From Candidatus Acidiferrales bacterium (GTDB taxonomy: Bacteria > Acidobacteriota > Terriglobia > Acidiferrales > UBA7541): a stretch of DNA of 64,000 nucleotides. The notes beneath the pieces are model-generated. The model was not told the DNA's origin and made no database searches. It was given only the letters and a program-made list of their open reading frames with translations. Each line of letters opens with the position of its first letter. Position 1 is the stretch's first letter. Made by a program: the position numbers and the translations under genes. Where the stretch lies: the NCBI GenBank assembly GCA_050746905.1, contig JBOGNJ010000190.1:8409-72408 (forward strand), given 5' to 3'. Positions 18,652 through 28,285 of the stretch are shown here, in pieces.

Positions 18652-19323
18652 TCAAACGTGCTGCTGGCTGATCCAACGTTCGAGGGCGCGGCCCATCTCG
18701 GGCAATTTGCCGGCGAAGAAGTGGTCCGGGGCGTCGATGAATACGAGGTTTTTCGGTTCGGGAAGTTTTTCGTAGAGCGCTTCGACACGCTCACGCGAGC
18801 CGAACTGGTCGTGGGCGCTTTGCAGAATCAGTTTTGGCTTCCTGCATTCGGTGAGAAAAGACAAATCCGAGCTGTCCACCGGAATTCCGAGCCCCACGAG
18901 GTCCGCGACGCGGGAATCCTCGCATCCGACGCGCAATCCCACATACGAACCGAAACTGAAACCGGCCAAGAGGATCGGTTTGGCGGGGAATTCCTTCGCC
19001 AGATAATCCAAGGCGGCGCGAACGTCGCCTGTTTCGCCTCGCCCCTTGTCGTGTTTACCTTCGCTGAGTCCCGCGCCGCGAAAATTAAAGCGCAGGACGG
19101 GAATTTCCAATTGGTGGAATGTTTTCGCGACCTGAAAGACAACTTTGTTATGCATGGTGCCGCCGAAAAGCGGGTGCGGATGGCAGACAATGGCGACGCG
19201 ACGCGGAATTGCGGCCGAGACGGTCCAGAGCATCGCTTCGAGGCGCCCCGCGGGACCCTTGAGAAAAAAAGTTCTATGAAATGCTTTGGCCATTGCGAAT
19301 TTCGGAGTGTAGCGGATACGCAA
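18652..19323 (-). CDS. Alpha/beta hydrolase (COG2945-like)
   Basis: CHPHPLFGGTMHNKV and the nucleophile elbow GFSFGS. The start is TTG 19323 or ATG 19293. Confidence 0.7.
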   Translation of the reverse strand: MRIRYTPKFAMAKAFHRTFFLKGPAGRLEAMLWTVSAAIPRRVAIVCHPHPLFGGTMHNKVVFQVAKTFHQLEIPVLRFNFRGAGLSEGKHDKGRGETGDVRAALDYLAKEFPAKPILLAGFSFGSYVGLRVGCEDSRVADLVGLGIPVDSSDLSFLTECRKPKLILQSAHDQFGSRERVEALYEKLPEPKNLVFIDAPDHFFAGKLPEMGRALERWISQQHV

Positions 19324-19462
19324 ACGCGTGCCAAGCGCCTTCGAGGAATATGCGATTCAATAATGAAGTAATCCGCCGCGCCGCGGAGCCAAAAAGAATT
19401 GCGCGTTGCGCCGGGCGGTGCTAGGGTTATGGGAACTTCCATCGGCTTTCCGGGGAGGAACA

Positions 19463-19792
19463 ATGGATCAAGAGACAACGGACCGCCGAACGGCCCGACG
19501 TTTCACGATGGCGCTTCCTCTGCTGGTACGTTTCGCGCACAACGGGAATATGGAAGAGAAAGTGGCGCAGACGCGCGACGTAAGCTTTCGCGGCGTGTAC
19601 TTCCTTACGGATAACCCTCCTGAACAGGGCAGCGCGGTGGAGCTGGTGCTGACATTGCCGCAACAAATCACACTGGCCGGCGATGTCCGCATTCGCTGCT
19701 TCGCGAATATCGTGCGCGTGGAAGCGCATGAAGAAATGCGTGGAGTTGCCGCGCAGATCGACCGCTACGAATTCATGCCTGCCGCTGCGTGA
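19463..19792 (+). CDS. PilZ-domain (c-di-GMP-binding) protein
   Basis: RRTARRF ... DVSFRGVYF fits the PilZ RxxxR / D-x-S-x-x-G pattern. GGAGG lies 5 nt upstream of the ATG at 19463. Confidence 0.65.
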   Translation: MDQETTDRRTARRFTMALPLLVRFAHNGNMEEKVAQTRDVSFRGVYFLTDNPPEQGSAVELVLTLPQQITLAGDVRIRCFANIVRVEAHEEMRGVAAQIDRYEFMPAAA

Positions 19793-19836
19793 TTCTCGCT
19801 CATCCCTGTTAAAATGCTTCCAGCGTTGGAGGCGAT

Positions 19837-20064
19837 ATGTATCACTATGATCCCGAAGTGGCGCTGGAAGAATTGCGCGACGAAGCCGTGCTGCCGCATC
19901 CTGTTCACTTGCGGGACATGATCTTGCGCACGAAGCTGGATGTGCCGGGCGCGCTCGATCTGAATCGAGAATTTCAGGAGTACTTGACGCAATTCGGGGA
20001 AGCTCAAAAACTTGCGCGGGGGATCCTGGAGCGGCTTGCAGCCGGAGTGCGCAAAGCATCCTGA
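19837..20064 (+). CDS. Small hypothetical protein (75 aa)
   Basis: GGAGG lies 4 nt upstream of the ATG; helical-looking sequence; no family recognised. Confidence 0.45.
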   Translation: MYHYDPEVALEELRDEAVLPHPVHLRDMILRTKLDVPGALDLNREFQEYLTQFGEAQKLARGILERLAAGVRKAS

Positions 20065-20168
20065 CGATTGACAGCACTCGATTTTCACGGCGGCACTCGC
20101 GGTGTGCCTGACTGGCGATGAGCGCGGCGTCAAACAAGCGCATGAACAGAGGCTGAAGGAAACGCGAA

Positions 20169-20855
20169 ATGGCTCGACAGACAATTTTGATTGATGCCGA
20201 CGACACGCTCTGGGAGAACAACATCTTCTTCGAGCAGATCATCAATCGGTTTCTTTCGTGCTTGATTCATTTGGGCTACACGCCGGAATACTCGCGGCAC
20301 ATCCTGAACGAGACGGAACGCCGCAATGTTTTGCAGCATGGTTACGGCGTTAAGTGCTTCCGGCGCTCGCTGGAGGATACGTACTTGAAACTGGCGGGCG
20401 GAATGGCGCGCAAGGAGGTGGTGCAGGAAATCGAGAAGATGGCCACAGAACTGGAAAGCACGCCGCCGCAGATTCTGGAAGGCGTGCCAGAAACACTGGC
20501 CTATTTGAGCGGACGGCATCGCTTGATTTTGCTTACCAAAGGCCAGCCTGCCGAGCAGGCCGCCAAGGTGGAACGCTCGGGTTTGGCGCGATATTTCGAA
20601 TCGGTGGAAATCGTGACCGAGAAAGACCACTCGACGTATGAGCGAGTGATCAATCAGTTCAAGATTGTGAAGGCTCACGGTTGGATGGTGGGGAACAGTC
20701 CGCGCAGCGATATCAATCCGGCTCTGCGCGCGGGGCTGAACGCGGTGTTTATTCCGCATCACGCCACATGGATTTTGGAGCACTCCGAGCTGGAAAGCGG
20801 GACAGGCAAGCTGATTCTGGTAACCAGTTTTCGCGACTTGCGCGGACATTTCTAG
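20169..20855 (+). CDS. HAD-superfamily hydrolase
   Basis: Motif I ILIDADDTLW, motif II LLTKG, and a GNSPRSD-type motif near the C-terminus. Confidence 0.8.
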   Translation: MARQTILIDADDTLWENNIFFEQIINRFLSCLIHLGYTPEYSRHILNETERRNVLQHGYGVKCFRRSLEDTYLKLAGGMARKEVVQEIEKMATELESTPPQILEGVPETLAYLSGRHRLILLTKGQPAEQAAKVERSGLARYFESVEIVTEKDHSTYERVINQFKIVKAHGWMVGNSPRSDINPALRAGLNAVFIPHHATWILEHSELESGTGKLILVTSFRDLRGHF

Positions 20856-20873
20856 GGCATTCTGGAGGGTCGT

Positions 20874-22007
20874 TTGGACTGTCGCTCTGAATTCGCGGAA
20901 TTCGAAGGTGTCACTTATTTGAACGCCGCGGGGCAGGGCCCGCTGCCGCTGGCGTCGGCCCGGGCCGCGCAGGCCGCGCTCGAATGGAAAAAATTGCCGC
21001 ATCGGATGCCGGACAGTGTTTATTTCGGTTTGCCGGATCGTGTGCGCGCGCTGCTTGCGGGATTGTTGGGCGGCGAGCCTGAAGAATTCGCGATCACCTC
21101 CGGCGCGAGCAGCGGCATGATCGCGGTGGCGGCGAATTTCGATTGGAAACCGGATGACGAGGTTTTGGTAGGCCGGGGAGAATTTCCGGCGCACTTTTCG
21201 ACGTTTATGCCGCTGGAAGAAGCGCGCGGCGTTCGCGTGAAAGTGGTGGCGCCTCGCGACCGCTTTATCGCGGCAGAGGATTACATCGAACAGATTACGC
21301 CTCGGACGCGCATGGTCTCCGCCAGTTTGGTGCGCTTCGATGATGGTTCGTGCTTGGATGCGGCGCGGCTTGCGGCCGCGTGCCGAAAAGCGGATGTGAC
21401 ATTCCTGCTCGACTTGAGCCAGTGCGCGTGCGCGATCCCGATCAATTTACGCGAGACGGGCGCGGATTTCGCCGTGAGTTCCGGATACAAATGGCTACTT
21501 GGTCCGTATGGAACGGGCTTTTTTTGGGCGCGCCGCGAGGCAATGGAGAAATTGCGGCCTGCGCCTTTCTATTGGATGGCGTTGGAAGGCGCGCGAAAGT
21601 TCCATTCGTTGCCTCTGGATAAACTGAAACCGGCCGCGGGAGCGCGGCGTTGGGACGCGGCTGAGACGGCCAATTTTTCGAATGTTTCCGCGATGCAGGC
21701 TTCACTCGAATTTATCGAGCGCGTTGGCGTGAAAGCCATCGCCGAGCACAATGAAACTCTGATGGCGCAACTGATTGAGCGTTTGCCGCGAGACACCTGT
21801 GTGTTGGCAAGTCCCAGCGCGGCGGAAAAACGAGGCCCGTACGTCTGCGTGGCGGCGCGAAGGCCGGAACGGACGCCGGAGCTTTTTCAAAAGTTGTGCG
21901 ACGCGCAGATATTTGTCAGTTTGCGAGAAAACGCGCTTCGCATTTCGCCGCACGTTTACAACATCGAGCGCGACATTTCGAAGCTGATCGCCGTGCTGTC
22001 GAGCTAA
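20874..22007 (+). CDS. Class V aminotransferase (cysteine desulfurase/SufS-like fold)
   Basis: YLNAAGQGPLP start block and SSGYKWLLGPYGTGF (PLP-Lys region). TTG start preceded by GGAGG. Confidence 0.75.
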   Translation: MDCRSEFAEFEGVTYLNAAGQGPLPLASARAAQAALEWKKLPHRMPDSVYFGLPDRVRALLAGLLGGEPEEFAITSGASSGMIAVAANFDWKPDDEVLVGRGEFPAHFSTFMPLEEARGVRVKVVAPRDRFIAAEDYIEQITPRTRMVSASLVRFDDGSCLDAARLAAACRKADVTFLLDLSQCACAIPINLRETGADFAVSSGYKWLLGPYGTGFFWARREAMEKLRPAPFYWMALEGARKFHSLPLDKLKPAAGARRWDAAETANFSNVSAMQASLEFIERVGVKAIAEHNETLMAQLIERLPRDTCVLASPSAAEKRGPYVCVAARRPERTPELFQKLCDAQIFVSLRENALRISPHVYNIERDISKLIAVLSS

Positions 22008-22039
22008 GTCGTGCTTTGGCTGGCGCTGGTTTATGCGGA

Positions 22040-22603
22040 TTATGCGGCCATGGCCAGGCGATAAAAGCTCAAGGCCGAATCGCCCTGCTCAACTGTGCGG
22101 GAACACTCCAGCCGATCCAACCGCAGCGGAAGTTCCATTTTCTTGCGATGCTCGACGATTACAATTCCGCGCGGCGCGAGCAAATGCGAGCCATCGAGAA
22201 AATCCAACACGCGGAGATAATCCGCGGCGAGCGCATACGGCGGGTCGAGAAAAATGAAATCGGCGAGGGTGCGCCGCGAAGCTGATCGTTCCAGCCCCTG
22301 AATCGCATCCATCGCGAGGATTTCGCCGCCGGTTTTGATGCCGAGCGAATTCAAATTGTCGCGAATCAATTTCGCCGCGGGTCCGTGCCGCTCAATGAAG
22401 ATGACCTGGCGCGCTCCGCGGCTGAGCGCTTCGATTCCGATCGCGCCGCTTCCGGCAAAGACGTCGAAGAACAGGGAATCCTCAACGGTCGGGCCCAGAA
22501 TATCGAAGAGCGTTTCGCGCAGGCGGTCGCTCGTGGGGCGCAACTCCATCCCGCGCAAAGTGCGCAGGCGGCGGCTGCCGAATTTTCCACCGATTACACG
22601 CAT
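22040..22603 (-). CDS. rsmD: 16S rRNA (guanine966-N2)-methyltransferase
   Basis: MRVIGGKFGSRRL...RPTSDRLRETLFDIL...DVFAGSGAIGIEALSRGA...DPPY. Confidence 0.85.
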   Translation of the reverse strand: MRVIGGKFGSRRLRTLRGMELRPTSDRLRETLFDILGPTVEDSLFFDVFAGSGAIGIEALSRGARQVIFIERHGPAAKLIRDNLNSLGIKTGGEILAMDAIQGLERSASRRTLADFIFLDPPYALAADYLRVLDFLDGSHLLAPRGIVIVEHRKKMELPLRLDRLECSRTVEQGDSALSFYRLAMAA

Positions 22604-22606
22604 GAT

Positions 22607-24715
22607 TTATCCCACCGATGCCAACTGGAAGCGTTTCTGCCACGCGGGCCCGAGGTACGTGAAGAGTTTCGCCATCTCAGGCTCGCGGGCACGGTCTTCG
22701 ATGAGCGCGAACGCCTCGGCGCGTGCTTGTTCGAGAAGTTTGTGATCGCGCAACGGATGAGCGATGTGGAAGGCGACGTCTCCATGCTGTTTGGTGCCGA
22801 AGAATTCCCCGGGACCTCGCTGTTTCAGGTCGTGCTCGGCAATTTGGAAGCCGTCGGTGGTGGCGACAAGCGTTTCGAGGCGGTTGCGCCCTTCTCCGGC
22901 GATGTTTTTTGGCGCGACAAGAATGCAATACGATTTTGCCGAGCCGCGACCGATGCGGCCGCGCAACTGATGAAGCTGCGCGAGTCCGAAACGATCCGCA
23001 TGTTCAATCACCATCAAGGTGGCATTGCGGACATCGACGCCGACTTCGACGACGGTGGTCGCGACCAGAATTTGCAGTTCGTTAAGGCGGAACCGTTCCA
23101 TGACGTCATCTTTTTCGTCGCTGCGCAGGCGGCCGTGAAGCAGCCCAACTTTCCATTGCGGGAAAACTGATTTCGAGAGCCGCTCGTATTCGGCAGTCGC
23201 CGCTTTCAGCTCCTGCTTCGATTCTTCGATCACCGGATAAATAATGTAGGCCTGCCTGCCCGCGGCCACTTCGCGACGAACGAATTCCCAGACTCCCGGA
23301 AGCTGCGCGTCGGCGCTCCAGCGCGTTTCGATGGGAGTGCGGCCGGGCGGCATTTCGTCGATGACCGAGAGTTCGAGATCGCCATAAAGAGTGAGAGCCA
23401 AAGTGCGCGGAATCGGAGTTGCGGTCATTACCAGGGCGTGCGGCGAGGCCCCTTTTTCAGAGAGCCGCTTGCGCTGAAGCACGCCGAAGCGGTGCTGTTC
23501 GTCGATAATCACCATGCCAAGGTTCGCAAACGCCACGCGATCTTCGATCAGCGCGTGCGTGCCCACGACGAATTGTCCCTGGCCGGAAGCGATGCGTTCG
23601 AGTGTGCGCGTTTTGTCGCTGAATTTCATTCCGCTGACGAGCAGTTCCACGGAGTAGCCGGCAGGCGCAAAAATCCGCCGCGCCGAAAGGTAGTGCTGGA
23701 CGGCGAGAATTTCCGTGGGCGCCATTAGGGCGACTTGATAGCCATTTTCGATGACAACTGTCGCGGCTTCGAGCGCCACGATTGTTTTGCCGCTGCCCAC
23801 GTCGCCTTCGAGCAGGCGGTTCATCGGCGTGGATCTTTCCAGGTCGCCGACGATTTCGGCAAGCACGCGTTTCTGCGCGCCCGTGGGCTTGAAGGGAAGA
23901 ATGCGCTTGAGGGCCTGGCGAATCGGCTCTTCTCTGACGCGCATGGCGATGCCGGCGCGTTGCTGTTCGTGTTGCCGCCGGACGGCGAGGCCGAGCTGGT
24001 AAAGGAAAAATTCCTCGAAAATCATGCGAACCTGAGCAGGACTCCGGAACGCGTTCAAGGTTTCGACATTCACATCATGGGGAGGGAAATGAATGGCAAT
24101 CAGCGCGTCGCGGCGTGAAGGAAACGCATAGCGGCGCAACACGTCGGCAGGCAGCGGATCGGGAACGTCACCCTGGAATTCCTGCAGAGCGGCATAAATA
24201 ATCCGCCGCAGCATGCGTGAGCTGATATCGCCGATGGCTTCGTATATGGGAACGATCCGGCCAACCTCGGTGGAATCCGCGGAACGATTGCCCTGGCGCA
24301 GCAACTCGAATTCCGGATTGATCATCTCTGTGCGCAGCGGCCGGTTGGGATCGAGGCTAGCCTTACCGTGCATCACGAGAGGCTGGCCTGGTTTCAGTTT
24401 CCCATTCAGGTAACCTCCGTGAAAAAAGCGCGCGGCAAGTTTGCCGCTCCCATCCTGAACGAGCAGGTGAAACATGGCGCCACTCCGCCGCGCGAAGCGC
24501 ATCAGGCTGCCGCTGACAACTTCTGCGCGCACTGTGGCGATTTGTCCGGGCACGAGCTCGGCGATGGGCGTGAAATGGATACGATCCTCGTAGCGGAAGG
24601 GCAAGTAGGAGAGCAGATCGCCCACAGTGGTGATGCCGCGCTCGGCCAGCAAGGCGGCGCGCTGCGGGCCCAGGCCCTTCAGGTACGTCACGGCGGTGTT
24701 GAGATTCAAATTCAT
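22607..24715 (-). CDS. recG: ATP-dependent DNA helicase RecG
   Basis: YLKGLGPQRAALL wedge N-terminus, Walker A GDVGSGKT, DEQHRFG, and C-terminal LHQLRGRIGRG. Confidence 0.95.
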   Translation of the reverse strand: MNLNLNTAVTYLKGLGPQRAALLAERGITTVGDLLSYLPFRYEDRIHFTPIAELVPGQIATVRAEVVSGSLMRFARRSGAMFHLLVQDGSGKLAARFFHGGYLNGKLKPGQPLVMHGKASLDPNRPLRTEMINPEFELLRQGNRSADSTEVGRIVPIYEAIGDISSRMLRRIIYAALQEFQGDVPDPLPADVLRRYAFPSRRDALIAIHFPPHDVNVETLNAFRSPAQVRMIFEEFFLYQLGLAVRRQHEQQRAGIAMRVREEPIRQALKRILPFKPTGAQKRVLAEIVGDLERSTPMNRLLEGDVGSGKTIVALEAATVVIENGYQVALMAPTEILAVQHYLSARRIFAPAGYSVELLVSGMKFSDKTRTLERIASGQGQFVVGTHALIEDRVAFANLGMVIIDEQHRFGVLQRKRLSEKGASPHALVMTATPIPRTLALTLYGDLELSVIDEMPPGRTPIETRWSADAQLPGVWEFVRREVAAGRQAYIIYPVIEESKQELKAATAEYERLSKSVFPQWKVGLLHGRLRSDEKDDVMERFRLNELQILVATTVVEVGVDVRNATLMVIEHADRFGLAQLHQLRGRIGRGSAKSYCILVAPKNIAGEGRNRLETLVATTDGFQIAEHDLKQRGPGEFFGTKQHGDVAFHIAHPLRDHKLLEQARAEAFALIEDRAREPEMAKLFTYLGPAWQKRFQLASVG

Positions 24716-24815
24716 CCGTCACCAGCGTACGGCATAACATTTTACTAAGGGCATGCGCACGTCCTATTATTTATGAATCGCGAAGCATCAGGGCGGATGC
24801 TTAGGCGCAACGAAA

Positions 24816-25031
24816 ATGGCGCAATTTCTGGGAACCGGGCTGCGGCGATGGATTGAGTACCTGGCGGCGATTCTAGCCGGCAATGCCATTTATTTTTTTT
24901 CGCTTTTCGCACATCTCCCCGCCGGCCTGCGCCATAAAACCCGCAAAATCGATTTCGGCATGGCTCTGGATTTCGCCATATGCGTGGCGGTGTACGGGCT
25001 GATCCGGCTGGGGGAGCGCATTTCGCGCTAA
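24816..25031 (+). CDS. Small membrane protein, two predicted TM helices
   Basis: ORF with two hydrophobic stretches (LAAILAGNAIYFFSLFAHL, ALDFAICVAVYGLIRL); weak RBS. Confidence 0.35.
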   Translation: MAQFLGTGLRRWIEYLAAILAGNAIYFFSLFAHLPAGLRHKTRKIDFGMALDFAICVAVYGLIRLGERISR

Positions 25032-25171
25032 TATCTTAAGCCATATTCGTGCTCACCTGGGAGGATAGCCAGCGTCTAACCGGATGTGGATAGAGACGTG
25101 GTCAAGCCGGCGGATTCGCCAAGAAATAAGCAAGACGACCAGGCCCCACCACAGGCAAGTCGCATCCGGCT

Positions 25172-25810
25172 ATGAACTCGATGGGAATCAGTGCGGCGCT
25201 CGAAGGGGGTGCGGGGTACCGCGCGGTGCAGAAAGCGGATGAACAGGTCCTGGTCCGGCAAGCGCAAGCGGGCAATCGGCCGGCTTTTGAGGAACTGGTT
25301 CGCCGCTACGACCGCGACGTGCTGCGGCTGGCGCTGAACCTGCTTCGCGGCAGTGAGGACGCCCGCGACATCTATCAGGAAGTTTTTCTGCGTGCTTACC
25401 GGAACCTGTCGCGCTTCCGGTTCGAGTGCAGTTTTTATACATGGATTTACCGGATTGCGACGAACGTGTGCCTGGATCATCTGCGCCGGAAGAACACGAG
25501 GCGCGAGGAACAAGCTCCTGAACCGGCGGATGCCGAGGGCGCGGCTCCCGATTTTTTCGACCAGCAAACCGAGCATCGATCGGCTGCGAATCCGGAACGT
25601 CACTTTTTGGGGCAGGAATTGGGCCGGCACATTAACAGGGCGCTCGACGGACTTTCGCCGCGGGAACGAATGGTTTTCGAGCTAAAGCATTACGAGGGAC
25701 TGAAATTGCGAGTGATTGGCGACATGCTCGGCACTTCGGAAGAGACTGTGAAGAACTCGCTGTTCCGCGCGACGCGCAAATTGCGCGCCAGCCTGGACGG
25801 CATGAGGTAA
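25172..25810 (+). CDS. ECF (group 4) RNA polymerase sigma factor
   Basis: Region 2 FEELVRRYDRDVLRLALNLL...DIYQEVFLRAY and region 4 LSPRERMVFELKHYEGLKLRVIGDMLGTSEETVKNSLFRA. Confidence 0.9.
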   Translation: MNSMGISAALEGGAGYRAVQKADEQVLVRQAQAGNRPAFEELVRRYDRDVLRLALNLLRGSEDARDIYQEVFLRAYRNLSRFRFECSFYTWIYRIATNVCLDHLRRKNTRREEQAPEPADAEGAAPDFFDQQTEHRSAANPERHFLGQELGRHINRALDGLSPRERMVFELKHYEGLKLRVIGDMLGTSEETVKNSLFRATRKLRASLDGMR

Positions 25811-25824
25811 ACGAGGAGAAATCC

Positions 25825-26844
25825 ATGCAGCAGGAATTCAATCCAAACTCCGGCCGGCAAGCGTGTCCGGAATTCGAGTCGCAGATCATGCTTTTCGCGC
25901 TGGACGAGCTGGAGGGCGCGGAACGCGATTCGCTCGAAGAGCATCTGGACAGTTGTTCGCGATGCGTTGCGGCGCTGACCGCGGAGAGACGCATGCTGGA
26001 AATTTTGGCGTCGCAGCAGCGCCCGGAGCCTTCTCCCGCTTTATTGTCGAGCTGCCGCAACCGGTTCGAGGATTCACTCGATGAGATGGATCATCGCAGT
26101 ATTTTTGCGCGCTGGGCCGAATCCATTTTCCCCGCACACTGGCTCGCGTTGCATCCCGCGGCCAGCGTGGCGATGTTGCTGCTGATCGGTTTTTCCGTCG
26201 GCACATTGACGCCGTGGCGGTCACAGACAGGAACTTCCTCCTCCCCATCGCGACCGCCAGCAACTCTGGACTCGATGGCGATGGACAATCAAGAATTGCA
26301 GACCGCGGCTGTTTCCGGAATCAATTGGACTCCGACAAACGACAATCGTCCGCCTCGGGTGGAAGTGCAGATGACGACCGAGAGACCAGTGATCGTTCAG
26401 GGCACCGTTGATGATAAAGAAGTGAAGCAGGTGCTTCTGTATGTTCTGCACAACAACCGCCGATTCGGTCCGGACGTGCGAATCAACGCGGTGGAACTGC
26501 TGAGGACTCGCGCAAATGATCCTGACGTGCAGCAGGCGCTGTGCCAGGCCGTGCGCGGTGACCGCAACGCTGCTGTGCGGTTGAAGGCGCTTGAGGCGTT
26601 GACCGATACGCAGCCGAATCAGCAAGTGGTGCAGACGATGCTCGATGCTTTGGTTAAGGATGCGAACATTGGGGTTCGCGTGGAGGCCATCAACTCGCTG
26701 CGCGCATTTTCCGCGCGTGGCGCGCTGCTCTCCGATCCTCAGGCGTTCACTGTTCTCCGTGACCGCATGCGCACCGATCCTAACAACTATATTCGCCTGC
26801 AAAGCGCGGCGGCAATTCAGCAGACTCCAGCGGGGCAGAAGTAA
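25825..26844 (+). CDS. Anti-sigma factor: zf-HC2 N-terminus, one TM, extracytoplasmic HEAT-like repeats
   Basis: CPEF...HLDSCSRC is an HC2 pattern. TM AASVAMLLLIGFSVGTL. Repeats VRINAVELL.../VRLKALEAL.../VRVEAINSL.... GAGGAG RBS. It is 14 nt after the sigma gene. Confidence 0.8.
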   Translation: MQQEFNPNSGRQACPEFESQIMLFALDELEGAERDSLEEHLDSCSRCVAALTAERRMLEILASQQRPEPSPALLSSCRNRFEDSLDEMDHRSIFARWAESIFPAHWLALHPAASVAMLLLIGFSVGTLTPWRSQTGTSSSPSRPPATLDSMAMDNQELQTAAVSGINWTPTNDNRPPRVEVQMTTERPVIVQGTVDDKEVKQVLLYVLHNNRRFGPDVRINAVELLRTRANDPDVQQALCQAVRGDRNAAVRLKALEALTDTQPNQQVVQTMLDALVKDANIGVRVEAINSLRAFSARGALLSDPQAFTVLRDRMRTDPNNYIRLQSAAAIQQTPAGQK

Positions 26845-28206
26845 ATGGGAGCTAGAGGCGCGCTGCGGCAACGATATTGGCGATGCGGCGTGTTGACGCT
26901 GGCCGCGCTGCTGGCATTCGCATCTCCCGCGTCCGCGAAAGGGAAGCGAGGGTCGCGAGCTGCAACGAACCATTCGGATCGGTTATCCGCCGATAAGACC
27001 GGCCAGCTTTCGACGAGCGCCGGCCTGCGTTTGCGTCTGATCGCCGATGAAGGTGACATTCGGATCACCACGCATGACTCGCCGACGGTCGATTATCGCG
27101 TACACCTTGAAGTGGATTCGAACGACTCGAACGCGCGGGGAATTCTGGACGGCTTCAGTCTGCTTGCGCGCAACACGAAGGATGGAGTGCTGCTGTTGGG
27201 ACGCACGCCGCATCACGGTTGGGGACAGCATCTCTCGGTGACGTTCGAAGTGGCCGTTCCTCGGAATTACAACCTGGATATTTCGACGCAGGGCGGCAAT
27301 GTGCGCCTTGGTGATGTCCAAGGGCACGTGGCCATAGGCACCAACGGCGGAAATATATCCACGGGGGAAATCGGAGGGCCGGCGAGGCTGGTCACGGACG
27401 GCGGGCACATCTCCGTGAAGAACGCGGGAAATGATCTGGTGGCAACGACGGGCGGGGGCAATATTACGGTGGGCCCCGTGGCCGGCACGGCGGTTTTGCG
27501 CACCGGCGGCGGACACATTCACGTGGCTTCCATCGGCGGCGTGGGCAAACTTGAAACCGGCGGCGGGAATATTTCGTTGGAGCATTCCGGCGGCGGATTG
27601 ATCGTGAGCACGGGCGGCGGCCAGATCGATGTTGGAGAAGTTTCTGGGTTGATTCGTGCGCGCACCGGCGGTGGCGGGATTCGGATCGTTCACGCTTCCG
27701 GCCCCACGGAACTGCAGACCAGCGCGGGAAACGTTTATCTGATGCAGGTTGAAAATTCCGTGCGCGCATCCACGGGGTCGGGCGGCATTACGGCGTGGTT
27801 TGGCCCGGACGCGAAGCTCACGACTCCCTGCCGTCTGGCGGCGGGCGAAGGCGACATTGTCGTTTATCTTCCGAAGCTGCTGCCCGTTACCGTTGATGCG
27901 CAGGTTGAACTCGGCGGCGATCATCGCGTCATCATCGACCCTGCGTTTCCGCTGAAAGTGACTTACGGCGAGCCGGATGAAGGCAGCCACGCTGTCCGCG
28001 CGGCAGGCGAGCTGAACGGCGGAGGCGCGCCGCTTGTGCTGCGCACTGTTTCGGGCAACATCCGCCTGGTGCTGAACGATTCAAATGAAGAGAAACATCA
28101 GAGGGACCTGTTGAAGCTGCAAATGGACAAGCTTCGCCGGCAGCTTGAGATGGATTTGGCGAACATGAAGATTCCGATGCCACCGCCTCCTCCGCCACAG
28201 AATTGA
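26845..28206 (+). CDS. DUF4097 ('toast-rack'/putative adhesin) beta-helix repeat protein, exported
   Basis: The ATG directly abuts the anti-sigma stop. Signal peptide ...AFASPASA. About 10 repeats of ~19-20 aa of the type GGGNIxVxxxxGxxxxxT. C-terminal coiled coil and PPPPPP tail. Confidence 0.8.
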   Translation: MGARGALRQRYWRCGVLTLAALLAFASPASAKGKRGSRAATNHSDRLSADKTGQLSTSAGLRLRLIADEGDIRITTHDSPTVDYRVHLEVDSNDSNARGILDGFSLLARNTKDGVLLLGRTPHHGWGQHLSVTFEVAVPRNYNLDISTQGGNVRLGDVQGHVAIGTNGGNISTGEIGGPARLVTDGGHISVKNAGNDLVATTGGGNITVGPVAGTAVLRTGGGHIHVASIGGVGKLETGGGNISLEHSGGGLIVSTGGGQIDVGEVSGLIRARTGGGGIRIVHASGPTELQTSAGNVYLMQVENSVRASTGSGGITAWFGPDAKLTTPCRLAAGEGDIVVYLPKLLPVTVDAQVELGGDHRVIIDPAFPLKVTYGEPDEGSHAVRAAGELNGGGAPLVLRTVSGNIRLVLNDSNEEKHQRDLLKLQMDKLRRQLEMDLANMKIPMPPPPPPQN

Positions 28207-28285
28207 TGCGGAGAAACGGGATAAGTTCTTTCAACATTCTTTCAACACGGGCCCGAGTACGATTCTAGAGTTCAGGAGACTGGTG

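Noticed and set aside
20130-21194. 354-aa minus-strand ORF spanning two plus-strand genes
   Set aside because: It crosses the HAD/aminotransferase boundary and has Arg/Gln-rich shadow composition. Both plus-strand genes have clear family motifs and RBSs.
25031-25172. Search for autoregulated ECF-type promoters (GGAAC-N16/17-CGTC) upstream of both sigma genes; also examined 33802-33976
   Set aside because: Only fragments with wrong spacing were found: CGTCTAA near 25075 without a GAAC -35, and a GGGAAC and two GAACAGG copies upstream of 33801. None is convincing enough to call.
26983-27990. 335-aa minus-strand ORF
   Set aside because: It is antisense to the DUF4097 repeat gene and its composition is typical of a shadow frame.
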